This document shows, piece by piece, positions 20,668 to 30,122 of a stretch of 64,000 nt of DNA (position 1 is its first letter; every line of letters starts with the position of its first letter). This DNA comes from an uncultured Paludibacter sp. GTDB lineage: Bacteria > Bacteroidota > Bacteroidia > Bacteroidales > Paludibacteraceae. Under the pieces are notes generated by a model that was given only the letters and a program-made list of their open reading frames with translations, was not told where the DNA came from and did not search any database. The stretch lies in NCBI GenBank assembly GCA_964612615.1, contig CAZTDH010000001.1, positions 14,977-78,976 of the forward strand, given 5' to 3'. The translations under genes were made by a program, and so were the position numbers.

Positions 20668-21294
20668 ATGTATAACAATTTTTGGAAACGGTTCTTTGAT
20701 TTTATATTTTCTCTCGTAGGATTGATTATTCTCAGTCCACTTATGTTGTTGGTTATTATTGTTTTAGTAGTAGTGAATAATGGAGCTGGAGTGTTCTTTT
20801 ATCAGTTGAGACCGGGGAAGAATGAACAACTTTTCCAAGTGGTTAAGTTTAAATCAATGACAGAGGAATGTGACAGCGAAGGAAATCTGTTATCCAATGC
20901 TGAGCGCTTGACAAAGTTTGGAAAATTTATTCGTTCAACTTCTATTGATGAGCTTCCTCAACTATTCAATATAGTTAGCGGAAATATGTCATTTATCGGT
21001 CCCAGACCATTGCTGATTAGGTATTTGCCTTTTTATACCGAAACAGAAAGAAAAAGACACAGTGTTCGCCCCGGTATAACAGGCTTAGCACAGATTAATG
21101 GTCGAAATTTAATTGATTGGGACACACGATTAGGGTTGGATGTGCAGTATGTTGAAAATCTTTCCTTTTGGGGTGATGTTAAGATTGTTTTTAAAACTAT
21201 TCAGAATGTAATGACAGCCAAAGATATTGTAATTGACACAAATCAAGAATTACAGGATTTGGATATCGAAAGGGAAATTAGTAATACGAAATGA
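20668..21294 (+). CDS. Initiating undecaprenyl-phosphate sugar phosphotransferase (PglC/EpsL-like)
   Basis: KRFFDFIFS, KFKSM, IRSTSIDELPQLFNI..GNMSFIGPRP, RPGITGLAQINGRN; start set at ATG 20668. Confidence 0.93.
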   Translation: MYNNFWKRFFDFIFSLVGLIILSPLMLLVIIVLVVVNNGAGVFFYQLRPGKNEQLFQVVKFKSMTEECDSEGNLLSNAERLTKFGKFIRSTSIDELPQLFNIVSGNMSFIGPRPLLIRYLPFYTETERKRHSVRPGITGLAQINGRNLIDWDTRLGLDVQYVENLSFWGDVKIVFKTIQNVMTAKDIVIDTNQELQDLDIEREISNTK

Positions 21295-22361
21295 TTCAGG
21301 TACTTGATTTAAACATAGCAGAACATCGTAAAACGTATAATGAATTGCTTACCGGCATAAGTTATAAAAGGCCATACGATACGTTGGACTTCTTTTTGAA
21401 TTTTTCGAATGGATTTGAAAATTTAAATTGCTTATGTTACCAAAAATCAGATATGGTATTCCTCTTGCCGGGATATTTGAAGCCGATTCCCGGTTTTGAA
21501 GAGTTTATGGACTTTAGTTCACCTTATGGATATTCAGGACCTATTATTTCGAAGAATGCAGATGATGAATTTATAAAAAAATCATGGGTAGAAGTTGAAA
21601 GGTATTTTAAATCAGCAAAAACTGTTAGTTGTTTTCTAAGAATAGGACTAGACCATCAAATGACTGGATTTCCGGGGGAAATGTACCCGACTTTAAAAAA
21701 CATAAAAGGAAAAATTTTATCAGAATATAGTCAATGGATTGAATTTGAACATAAGGTCAGAAAAAATGTCAATAAAGCAATAAGGGAAGGTTTGAAGTGT
21801 AAAATAGTTTTTGGAACTGAATTAAGCGAAGTTGAGCTTCTTGATTTTTACACTGTTTATAAAGATACCATGGTCAGAAATAATGCTCACAATTCTTTTT
21901 TCTATACAATTGATGTATTTAAGAACTTTGTGAGTCAGTGTGGTGATCATTGTTTGTTTTCTTTAATCTATGACCAGAATAAAGCCATATCCGTTGAGAT
22001 GGTTTTGATATCCGATGATTCAATTTTTTCATTTCTGGGCGGAACCTTAGGGGAATACTTTGAAAAAAGACCGAACGACTTTTTAAAATATGAACTGATT
22101 AACTGGGCCAGAACCTATGGAATAAAGTATTTCGTTTTAGGTGGTGGATATGGCAAAGAAGATGGGATTTTTAAATACAAGAAAGCTTTTTTCCCAAATG
22201 ATGTAGTTGATTATTACACAGGTAGATGGATAATTTCTCATCAATTGTATAATGATGTTTTGATAGATAAAAAGACAAAATACGACGCTGAAAATATTGT
22301 TTCAGAAGAGTTTAATGAAAATGACTTTTTTCCGGCTTATCGGAAATATATGAATAAATAA
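21291..22361 (+). CDS. FemAB-like/GNAT (Acetyltransf_6-type) acyl- or aminoacyl-transferase
   Basis: SPYGYSGP, KVRKNVNKAIREGL, FYTVYKDTMVRNNA, RPNDFLKYELINWA..LGGG..GIFKYKKAF, FFPAYR. Confidence 0.82.
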   Translation: MIQVLDLNIAEHRKTYNELLTGISYKRPYDTLDFFLNFSNGFENLNCLCYQKSDMVFLLPGYLKPIPGFEEFMDFSSPYGYSGPIISKNADDEFIKKSWVEVERYFKSAKTVSCFLRIGLDHQMTGFPGEMYPTLKNIKGKILSEYSQWIEFEHKVRKNVNKAIREGLKCKIVFGTELSEVELLDFYTVYKDTMVRNNAHNSFFYTIDVFKNFVSQCGDHCLFSLIYDQNKAISVEMVLISDDSIFSFLGGTLGEYFEKRPNDFLKYELINWARTYGIKYFVLGGGYGKEDGIFKYKKAFFPNDVVDYYTGRWIISHQLYNDVLIDKKTKYDAENIVSEEFNENDFFPAYRKYMNK

Positions 22362-22368
22362 AGTTAGA

Positions 22369-23118
22369 ATGGAAGCAGAAATTGTTATTGAGAAAATTCA
22401 AACAAAAGCAGATATGGATGTCTGTTTGGATATAAATACAGCCACTTTTGAGCCGAAATATCTCACTTTTTCAAAATATGGAGCAAGGGGTGTAAAAGAA
22501 ATGCTGGGTCTTGAAATCCATAATCCATTCAGCATTTATAACTTTTTAGTAGCAAAATGTGATGATGAAATTGTCGGTTTTGCTGAATTGAGAGAGGAAT
22601 TTCCAATAGCCAACCTTAATTGGCTGGCATTAGATCCTGCTCAAAAAGGGAAAAATATTGGAAGATATTTTATGCAACACATTATTGATACCAGCAGAGA
22701 TAAGGGTTTCAAAGTATTACAATTGCATGTTTACAAAAGTAACATGAGGGCTCGGAACTGGATGGCAAACTACCCGTATGTTTATACTGAAGAAAGAAAT
22801 GTTTGTCGCTTAATCCCTAATCAAAAGGGGAGTCAACCGACATTTACAATAGTAAATTACCATCAGGTAATTTCAGATATGGAGAGATTTGGGTTTGTTT
22901 ATATACGCGTACTTTTTGAAAAGAAAATAATTGATATTGCATGTATAAACAACAATCTTTTTATCCCAACAGGCAATGAAGACATATTAAATATAGGTTT
23001 AAGCCTAATTGAGAAATTAAAATTAAAAGAGATGTACTTTTTTTGCGATAAGGACAAACAAATAAAACTAAAATATGAAGTGATTGATGAAATATATTCA
23101 TTAGTAATGGATCTATAA
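22369..23118 (+). CDS. GNAT-family N-acyltransferase with C-terminal extension
   Basis: LALDPAQKGKNIGRYFM acyl-CoA loop, LHVYKSNMRARNW. Confidence 0.75.
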   Translation: MEAEIVIEKIQTKADMDVCLDINTATFEPKYLTFSKYGARGVKEMLGLEIHNPFSIYNFLVAKCDDEIVGFAELREEFPIANLNWLALDPAQKGKNIGRYFMQHIIDTSRDKGFKVLQLHVYKSNMRARNWMANYPYVYTEERNVCRLIPNQKGSQPTFTIVNYHQVISDMERFGFVYIRVLFEKKIIDIACINNNLFIPTGNEDILNIGLSLIEKLKLKEMYFFCDKDKQIKLKYEVIDEIYSLVMDL

Positions 23119-23183
23119 TTCGGTTACATCAGTAATTCTATAAATCAATTTTTTTTGAAATATAGAATCTTAAAATTTATATC

Positions 23184-24326
23184 ATGAAAAACAAAATTTG
23201 GCTTTCACTAGCCCACATGGGTGGCAAAGAGCAAGAATATATAAAAGAAGCTTTTGATACTAACTGGATAGTTCCGTTGGGATCAAATGTAGATGCTTTT
23301 GAGAAGGCATTAGAGGACTATATTGTTGAACGTAAAAAGGTTGTTGTATTAAACTCTGGTACAGCAGCTATTCATTTAGGATTATTACAGTTGGGAGTAG
23401 GAAAAGGTGATGAGGTCATTTGTCAATCATTTACTTTTACTGCTTCTGCAAATCCTATTGTATATCTGGGAGCTACTCCTGTTTTTATTGATAGCGAAAC
23501 TGACACATGGAATATGGATCCTGAATTGTTGGAGAAGGCAATTTTAGACAGAATTAAGAAAACGGGTAAAAAGCCGAAAGCAATTATCCCGGTTCATTTA
23601 TATGGTATGCCTGCTAAGATGAACGAAATTATGGAGATTGCTTCACGTTATGAGATACCGGTATTTGAGGATGCTGCTGAAGCATTAGGTTCGGAGTATA
23701 ACGGAAAAAAATGTGGCATCTTTGGTGATTTCGCTTGTTATTCATTTAATGGAAATAAAATAATAACGACTTCCGGAGGTGGTGCGTTAATCTGTAAAAC
23801 TGAAGAGCAGGCAAAAAAAACACTGTTTTATGCTACTCAGGCTCGTGAGAATACACCTCATTATCAACATTTAGAAATTGGATACAATTATCGGTTGAGT
23901 AATATTTGTGCAGGTATTGGTCGCGGGCAAATGTTTGAATTGCAAAATCACATTAACAACCGAAGAGCTAATAATATTTTTTATCGAAGAAAACTGAGCG
24001 ATATAAAAGGTGTTACCTTTCAAACTGAACCGGATGATCATTTTCAATCAAACTATTGGTTAACGGCCATTTTGATTGATCCTAAACAAACAGGCGGGAA
24101 AACAAGGGAAGACTTATGCAGGGCTTTGGAAGCTGAAGGTATTGAATCGAGGCCTCTATGGAAACCCATGCATTTACAACCTGTGTTTGCAAAATGTCCA
24201 TATTATGGAAATGGTGTTTCCAAAAAATTATTCTCAAATGGGTTGTGTATTCCATCAAGTCCGGTGTTATCAGATGAAGACCTGGAAAGAGTTGTGAATA
24301 CAATTAAAGAGTTTTTGAGTAATTAA
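23184..24326 (+). CDS. DegT/DnrJ-family sugar aminotransferase (PglE/EpsN-like)
   Basis: IWLSLAHMGG, NSGTAAIHL, EDAAEALGS, SFNGNKIITTSGGG, ESRPLWKPMHLQP. Confidence 0.93.
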   Translation: MKNKIWLSLAHMGGKEQEYIKEAFDTNWIVPLGSNVDAFEKALEDYIVERKKVVVLNSGTAAIHLGLLQLGVGKGDEVICQSFTFTASANPIVYLGATPVFIDSETDTWNMDPELLEKAILDRIKKTGKKPKAIIPVHLYGMPAKMNEIMEIASRYEIPVFEDAAEALGSEYNGKKCGIFGDFACYSFNGNKIITTSGGGALICKTEEQAKKTLFYATQARENTPHYQHLEIGYNYRLSNICAGIGRGQMFELQNHINNRRANNIFYRRKLSDIKGVTFQTEPDDHFQSNYWLTAILIDPKQTGGKTREDLCRALEAEGIESRPLWKPMHLQPVFAKCPYYGNGVSKKLFSNGLCIPSSPVLSDEDLERVVNTIKEFLSN

Positions 24327-24347
24327 GTCTAATGCAAGGTAACTTTG
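24314..24347 (+). promoter_or_regulatory. Possible internal promoter upstream of wzx
   Basis: TTTG 24314-24317 and TAACTTTG 24340-24347; the 22-nt spacer is slightly longer than consensus; lies at the largest intergenic gap in the cluster. Confidence 0.35.
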
Positions 24348-24510
24348 AATATTGAAAATGAATAATTTTCAGGAATTTAAGCTACTTTTACAGTGTATAA
24401 CAGCTTAATTACAGCACATTTAACGACTATATAAATGCATTTTCCTTCATTTTTTTATTTGATAAGATTGTAAGTTGTAAAATGTAAAATTGAGAGTATT
24501 CACAAGAAAT

Positions 24511-25968
24511 ATGTCAGAAGAATTAAGAGAACAAACAATAACAGGAATGATTTGGAGCTTTATTGAACGATTTGGTTCGATGTTGCTTCAGTTTATTGCC
24601 AATATAATTCTTGCACGTCTTTTGACTCCGAATGATTTCGGACTTATAGGTATGATAATGGTTTTTATTGCTATTAGTAATACCCTTGTTGATAGTGGAT
24701 TTAGTGCAGCTTTGATACAGAAAAAAGAAGTAACACAAAAGGATTATTCGACCATCTTTTTTTTAAATATAATTTTATCTGTTTTTTTGTTTGGGTTGCT
24801 TTTTGTGACTGCTCCCATGATAGCTGATTTCTATCATCAACATCAATTAATTTACATGTTGAGAATCTTGGGTGTAATTTTAATTTTGAATGCATTTAAT
24901 ATCATCCAGAATACACAATTAATACGAAAAGTAGATTTTAAGAAAATTGCAAAAATAAATGTTGTTGCTACTTTTTTGGCTTGTTTACTCGCAATTGTAC
25001 TTGCTTTAAAAGGGTTTGGAGTCTGGAGTTTAGTTGTTCAAATGATTGCTATTGCATTTCTTAAATCCCTGTTTTTGTGGATTTGGAATACCTGGCGACC
25101 CAGTTTTATTATTAGCTTAAATTCATTGAAAACTCTTTTTGGATTTGGTTCAAAATTATTGTTTTCTGCATTATTAGATACATTATACAACAATCTTCAG
25201 TCATTAATAATTGGAAAAGTGTTTTCAGTTCGTGATTTAGGATTCTACTCTCAGGCAATGAAGTTAAGCGATGTACCTGTTTCTAGTCTTTCGGGAGTTG
25301 TTACCCAAGTCACTTTCCCTGTATTTGCAAAATTGCAGAATGATTTGGTAAAAATGAAAAGTGCTGTTCAGAAAAGTTTGAAATCTCTGGTGTTTGTCAA
25401 TTTTCCGCTAATGGTATTGTTAATTATAATAGCCAAACCATTATTCATTATACTTTTTACCGAGAAATGGAATGAAGCAATACCTTACTTTCAAATTCTT
25501 TGTTTATCCGGAATGCTTCTTACGATGCATGTAACAAATCTGAACATATTAAAAGCTACCGGTAGAAGTGACATTTTTTTTAAACTTGAAATAGTGAAAA
25601 AAGTTATAGGCATTTCAGCATTGTTTATTGGCATTCAATTTGGAATAATGGGAATGCTTTATGCCATGGTAGTCACTTCATATTTTTGTTTGGGATTGAA
25701 TGCTTTTTTTTCCGGAAGAGTTATAAAATATGGAATTATGGAGCAATTTAAAGATGTAATATTTACCTTTATTTTATCCATTGTTGTCGGATTGATTTCA
25801 TATTTTATGATTTCATACTTTGAATTTTCTTATCTCATTAGTATGCTACTTATGATTACGGTGTATGTGATTCTATACCTTGGTATATCCAAAATAATGA
25901 AAATTGAGGCATTAGAAATGTATTTGTCTATTTTAAATGAACGGTTTTTAATCAAAAAAAATGAATAA
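24511..25968 (+). CDS. wzx: Wzx-type polysaccharide repeat-unit flippase
   Basis: LARLLTPNDFGLIGM, DSGFSAALIQKK, GFGVWSLV, FGFGSKLL; many TM helices; start set at ATG 24511. Confidence 0.92.
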   Translation: MSEELREQTITGMIWSFIERFGSMLLQFIANIILARLLTPNDFGLIGMIMVFIAISNTLVDSGFSAALIQKKEVTQKDYSTIFFLNIILSVFLFGLLFVTAPMIADFYHQHQLIYMLRILGVILILNAFNIIQNTQLIRKVDFKKIAKINVVATFLACLLAIVLALKGFGVWSLVVQMIAIAFLKSLFLWIWNTWRPSFIISLNSLKTLFGFGSKLLFSALLDTLYNNLQSLIIGKVFSVRDLGFYSQAMKLSDVPVSSLSGVVTQVTFPVFAKLQNDLVKMKSAVQKSLKSLVFVNFPLMVLLIIIAKPLFIILFTEKWNEAIPYFQILCLSGMLLTMHVTNLNILKATGRSDIFFKLEIVKKVIGISALFIGIQFGIMGMLYAMVVTSYFCLGLNAFFSGRVIKYGIMEQFKDVIFTFILSIVVGLISYFMISYFEFSYLISMLLMITVYVILYLGISKIMKIEALEMYLSILNERFLIKKNE

Positions 25969-27076
25969 CAAGTCAATATTTGTAACGCAGCCTTGTCTAC
26001 CGCCCCTAGCTGAATTTTTACCCTATTTAGAACAAATATGGGAAAATAAATGGTTGACAAATAATGGTCCGTTGCATCAACAGTTGGAACAACAATTAGC
26101 CAATTATCTTGGAGTCAAATATATATCTTTGTTTTCTAATGGCACATTAGCTCTAATATCAGCATTACAGGCATTAAATATTCAAGGCGAAGTAATTACA
26201 ACACCATTTAGTTTTGTAGCTACTACACACTCTCTTTGGTGGAATAAGATTACACCTGTCTTCGTTGACATTGAGCCTGAGTACTTTAATTTAGATCCAT
26301 CAAAAATTGAAGCAGCTATTACGCCCAATACTACTGCCATAATGCCTGTGCATGTGTATGGAAATCCCTGTAAGATGGCTGAAATTCAACGAATTGCAGA
26401 CAAACATGGATTAAAAGTTATATATGATGCAGCTCATGCTTTTGGTGTAAAAAAGGATGGTGTTTCTGTTTTGAATCAGGGTGATTTGTCTATACTAAGT
26501 TTTCATGCCACCAAAGTGTACAGTACCATTGAAGGTGGAGCAATAATTTGCCATACAGAGGAAATGAAGCATCACATTGATAATTTGAAAAATTTTGGCT
26601 TCAGAGGCGAAACAACGGTTGAAGAGCCGGGCATTAATGCGAAATTAAATGAACTTCAGGCTGCATACGGATTACTCCAATTGAAATATATTGATGGTTT
26701 TATTGCAAAACGAAAATCAATAACAGAATTGTATCAAACACTTTTGAAAGATGTGTCCGGCATTAGTTTTTTGCCAGATATGGAGGGTGTTACACATTGT
26801 TATTCTTATCTTCCGGTTTTCGTTGACGAGGATATTTATAAAATAAGCCGTGATGCTCTGTACGAAAAGTTAAGAGAAAACAACATTTTTGCAAGAAGGT
26901 ATTTTTATCCCTTAATAAGTCATTTCGAACCATATAAAGAATTAAAGTCAGCAGCACCTGATAACTTAAGAGTTGCTCAAAAGGCAGCCGAACAAGTAAT
27001 ATGTTTGCCGATATTTGTAGAGATGAATGAAATGGAAATTAACATGGTTTGTTCAATTATAAAAAACGGAAAATGA
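25961..27076 (+). CDS. vioA: dTDP-4-amino-4,6-dideoxy-glucose transaminase (VioA-like)
   Basis: IFVTQP, WLTNNGPLH, NGTLAL, TTPFSFVATTH, DAAHAFGV, SFHATKVY, GINAKLNE, ARRYFYP. Confidence 0.85.
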   Translation: MNNKSIFVTQPCLPPLAEFLPYLEQIWENKWLTNNGPLHQQLEQQLANYLGVKYISLFSNGTLALISALQALNIQGEVITTPFSFVATTHSLWWNKITPVFVDIEPEYFNLDPSKIEAAITPNTTAIMPVHVYGNPCKMAEIQRIADKHGLKVIYDAAHAFGVKKDGVSVLNQGDLSILSFHATKVYSTIEGGAIICHTEEMKHHIDNLKNFGFRGETTVEEPGINAKLNELQAAYGLLQLKYIDGFIAKRKSITELYQTLLKDVSGISFLPDMEGVTHCYSYLPVFVDEDIYKISRDALYEKLRENNIFARRYFYPLISHFEPYKELKSAAPDNLRVAQKAAEQVICLPIFVEMNEMEINMVCSIIKNGK

Positions 27077-27762
27077 AGCTTGGAATAATGCAGCCCTACT
27101 TTTTGCCGTATATAGGTTATTTTCAATTAATCAAAGCGGTAGACAAATATATAATTTACGACGACGTGAATTTTATTAAAGGAGGATGGATTAATCGTAA
27201 CAGGATATTGTTGAATGGGGACGCATTTATGATTAATGTACCAATGCAGGGTGCAAGTCCATTTAAGAAGATAAATGAGATAAATATTGGAAAAAGCAGG
27301 GAAAAAGTGCTGTTGACAATTGAGCAAGCTTACAGAAAAGCACCCTATTTTACAGAAACATATAATTTAATTTCGGATATTATTAGATTTAACACTGATA
27401 ATCTTGGAGTTTTTGTTTCAAACAGCATTCTGAAAATTGCTGAATATCTGCAATTTAATACTGAATTTGTTTTGTCATCTGAAATTAATAAACCGGATGA
27501 ATTAAAAGCTCAGGATAAAGTTCTATCAATTTGTAAAATAATGGGTACAACAGAGTATTATAATGCAATTGGAGGTATTGAATTATATAATAAAGCAGAT
27601 TTTAAACGGGAAAATATACAATTACAATTTTTAAAAACGAATTTAACTGCATATTCTCAATTCAAGAATGAATTTATTCCCGGATTGTCAATTTTAGATG
27701 TGTTGATGTTTAATTCGAAAGATGAAGTTAATTTGATGTTAGATAATTACGACTTGGTATGA
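27073..27762 (+). CDS. wbqC: WbqC-family protein (putative glycyl transferase)
   Basis: MKLGIMQPYFLPYIGYFQLI, YDDVNFIKGGWINRNRI, YRKAPYF, LSILDVLMFN; ATG overlaps the vioA stop. Confidence 0.92.
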   Translation: MKLGIMQPYFLPYIGYFQLIKAVDKYIIYDDVNFIKGGWINRNRILLNGDAFMINVPMQGASPFKKINEINIGKSREKVLLTIEQAYRKAPYFTETYNLISDIIRFNTDNLGVFVSNSILKIAEYLQFNTEFVLSSEINKPDELKAQDKVLSICKIMGTTEYYNAIGGIELYNKADFKRENIQLQFLKTNLTAYSQFKNEFIPGLSILDVLMFNSKDEVNLMLDNYDLV

Positions 27763-28706
27763 ATGAGATTGGTGGTTATTTCGAACTTGAATTAAGAAAA
27801 GCAAAAGAGTATCATAGCGATGCGTTAGCTTTAAATACAGGCCGTAATGCTCTGGAGTTAATTTTGATTACTAAAAAACTCACGAAAGTGTATATACCCT
27901 ATTTCACTTGTGATGCTATACTAGAACCTTTTGAAAAACTTAAAATTGATTTTGAATTTTATCATATCAATATCGATTTTGAACCGGTTTTTAATTTTAA
28001 TAAAGTTCAGCCGAATGAGGGTTTCTTATATACAAATTATTTCGGGATTAAGGATAAATTCATTCAAAAGTTAGCAATTTCATGTCCGAACTTAATTGTT
28101 GACAGTTCACAATCCTTTTTCTCAAAATCGATTCCAACTGTTTCTACATTTTATTCGTGTCGTAAGTTTTTTGGAGTACCGGATGGTGCTTATTTGTATC
28201 TTGATGGAGTTTTAGGTGTAGATTTTCCGCTTGATGATTCAACGAATAGATTTAAGCATTTGCTTAATAGAATTGAATTTGGTGCAGAAGCAGGATACAA
28301 TGATTTTAAAGAAAATGAGAACGTTTTAATCGGACTACCGATACTGCAAATGTCGAAACTTACAAAAGCTTTGCTTTGCAATATAGATTACGAGTTCGTT
28401 CAACAAAAAAGAAAAGAGAATTTTCAAACTCTGCATAAAGAATTATCAATACACAACGAATTAAAATTTGATATTGATAATGAAATAGTTCCGATGGTTT
28501 ATCCTTTTTGGAATAAGAAACCCGGATTAAAGCAAAAGCTAATTGATAATAAGGTATTTATAGCTACTTACTGGCCAAATGTAATTGATTGGTGTAACGA
28601 AAATGATTTAGAGTCTTTGCTTACAAATGAAGTTTTGCATTTGCCTGTTGATCAGCGTTACAATGAAGAAGATATGAGATTTATAATTAAACAAATAATT
28701 TCATGA
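27759..28706 (+). CDS. Shortened DegT-like PLP-fold protein
   Basis: EIGGYFELE, NTGRNAL, IPYFTC, IVDSSQSFF, FYSCRKFFGVPDGA, LPVDQRY. Confidence 0.65.
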   Translation: MNEIGGYFELELRKAKEYHSDALALNTGRNALELILITKKLTKVYIPYFTCDAILEPFEKLKIDFEFYHINIDFEPVFNFNKVQPNEGFLYTNYFGIKDKFIQKLAISCPNLIVDSSQSFFSKSIPTVSTFYSCRKFFGVPDGAYLYLDGVLGVDFPLDDSTNRFKHLLNRIEFGAEAGYNDFKENENVLIGLPILQMSKLTKALLCNIDYEFVQQKRKENFQTLHKELSIHNELKFDIDNEIVPMVYPFWNKKPGLKQKLIDNKVFIATYWPNVIDWCNENDLESLLTNEVLHLPVDQRYNEEDMRFIIKQIIS

Positions 28707-29179
28707 ATGTCTCTTTAAGACCTTTGAGAATAGAAGATGCAGCAATTTCATATTTGTGGAGGAATAATCCGGAAATATGGAAATACACCGGTAATAAGCC
28801 TGATAAAGAGATTACTTTACAGACTGAAACTGAGTGGCTTTCCAGAGTTTTGTTAAGTGAAGATGAAAAGAGATTCGCAATATGTGTTGGTAAAAATGAT
28901 GAATATGTTGGAAATGTGCAGTTAACAGACATTGATGATAGCTCAGCTCAATTCCATATTTTTATTGGGAATCAGAAATTTCACAACAAAGGAATTGGTG
29001 CGGAAGCGACATCGCAAATTATAAAGTATGCATTTAATACCTTGAAAATTGATAAAGTGTGGTTGAAGGTAAATTCAAATAATCTTGCTGCAATTAATTC
29101 ATATAAAAAATGTGGATTTGTTGAAATAACAAATGATAATGGTACAATCTTAATGATGATACTGAACGATGGTAAGTAA
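28703..29179 (+). CDS. GNAT (RimJ/RimL-like) N-acetyltransferase
   Basis: LRPLRIEDA..WRNNPE, FHIFIG..FHNKGIG, VNSNNLAAINSYKKCGF. Confidence 0.88.
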   Translation: MNVSLRPLRIEDAAISYLWRNNPEIWKYTGNKPDKEITLQTETEWLSRVLLSEDEKRFAICVGKNDEYVGNVQLTDIDDSSAQFHIFIGNQKFHNKGIGAEATSQIIKYAFNTLKIDKVWLKVNSNNLAAINSYKKCGFVEITNDNGTILMMILNDGK

Positions 29180-30119
29180 AAAATCAACAATGGTTTCAGT
29201 TTTAATCATGGCATATAATCACGAAAAGTATATTGCCAATGCCATTGAGGGTGTGTTAATGCAAAAAGTTAATTTCGGGTATGAAATTATTATTGGCGAG
29301 GATTGTTCAACAGATAATACACGGGCTGTTATAGTTGATTATGCTACTAAATATCCTGACAAAATTAAGATTATTCTGCACGAAAGCAATGTAGGTGCAA
29401 AAGCCAATCAGCTTGCAATACTCAATGCCGGTAAGGGAAAATATATTGCTTTTTGCGAAGGAGATGACTATTGGATTGATGAATTTAAATTACAAAGACA
29501 GGTGGATTTTTTGGAAACACATACAGATTATGTTTTAACTCATACGGGTGTTTTATTTATAAATAATCAGGGGCAATCAACCGATAATTTTATCAGCTTT
29601 TTGAATTCTAAGTTTAGAATTATTAAAAGTGGCTTGATTACTAAATTTTTAGCAAAAAAGAATTATATAATAACCGTTACAGTTTTAATTCTTCGTGAAG
29701 CATTATTACTTGCCGAAAAAAGGATTGAAGAAAACCTGAATCAGGTTGCCAATATTGATTACACTTTGTTTATGGAACTTTCAATTCTTGGCAAAATAAA
29801 TTATGAAAATAAAAGAACTGCAGCCTATCGTGTTTTGACTAATTCGGCATCTCATAGTTTAGATTTGAGTTCCAGGTTTAAGTTTATTGAATCTACGATT
29901 AATATATCCAGATTTTATAACCATAAATTCTCAATCGGTATTGATGACAGGTATTTTGACAGATTAACATTAAGTGCTAAGTTGAGAGAATTTGCACAAC
30001 GTAAATTAGTTTCAGATTATAGAATCCATTTTTATGAAGGGATTAAGCAAGACAGATTAAACATTTTCAGACTGAAGAATTACTATTATTTTATTATTTC
30101 ATTATTATCGAAAAAATAG
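29169..30119 (+). CDS. GT2-family glycosyltransferase
   Basis: VSVLIMAYNHEKYI, EDCSTDNT, YIAFCEGDDYW. Confidence 0.93.
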   Translation: MVSKKSTMVSVLIMAYNHEKYIANAIEGVLMQKVNFGYEIIIGEDCSTDNTRAVIVDYATKYPDKIKIILHESNVGAKANQLAILNAGKGKYIAFCEGDDYWIDEFKLQRQVDFLETHTDYVLTHTGVLFINNQGQSTDNFISFLNSKFRIIKSGLITKFLAKKNYIITVTVLILREALLLAEKRIEENLNQVANIDYTLFMELSILGKINYENKRTAAYRVLTNSASHSLDLSSRFKFIESTINISRFYNHKFSIGIDDRYFDRLTLSAKLREFAQRKLVSDYRIHFYEGIKQDRLNIFRLKNYYYFIISLLSKK

Positions 30120-30122
30120 AAA

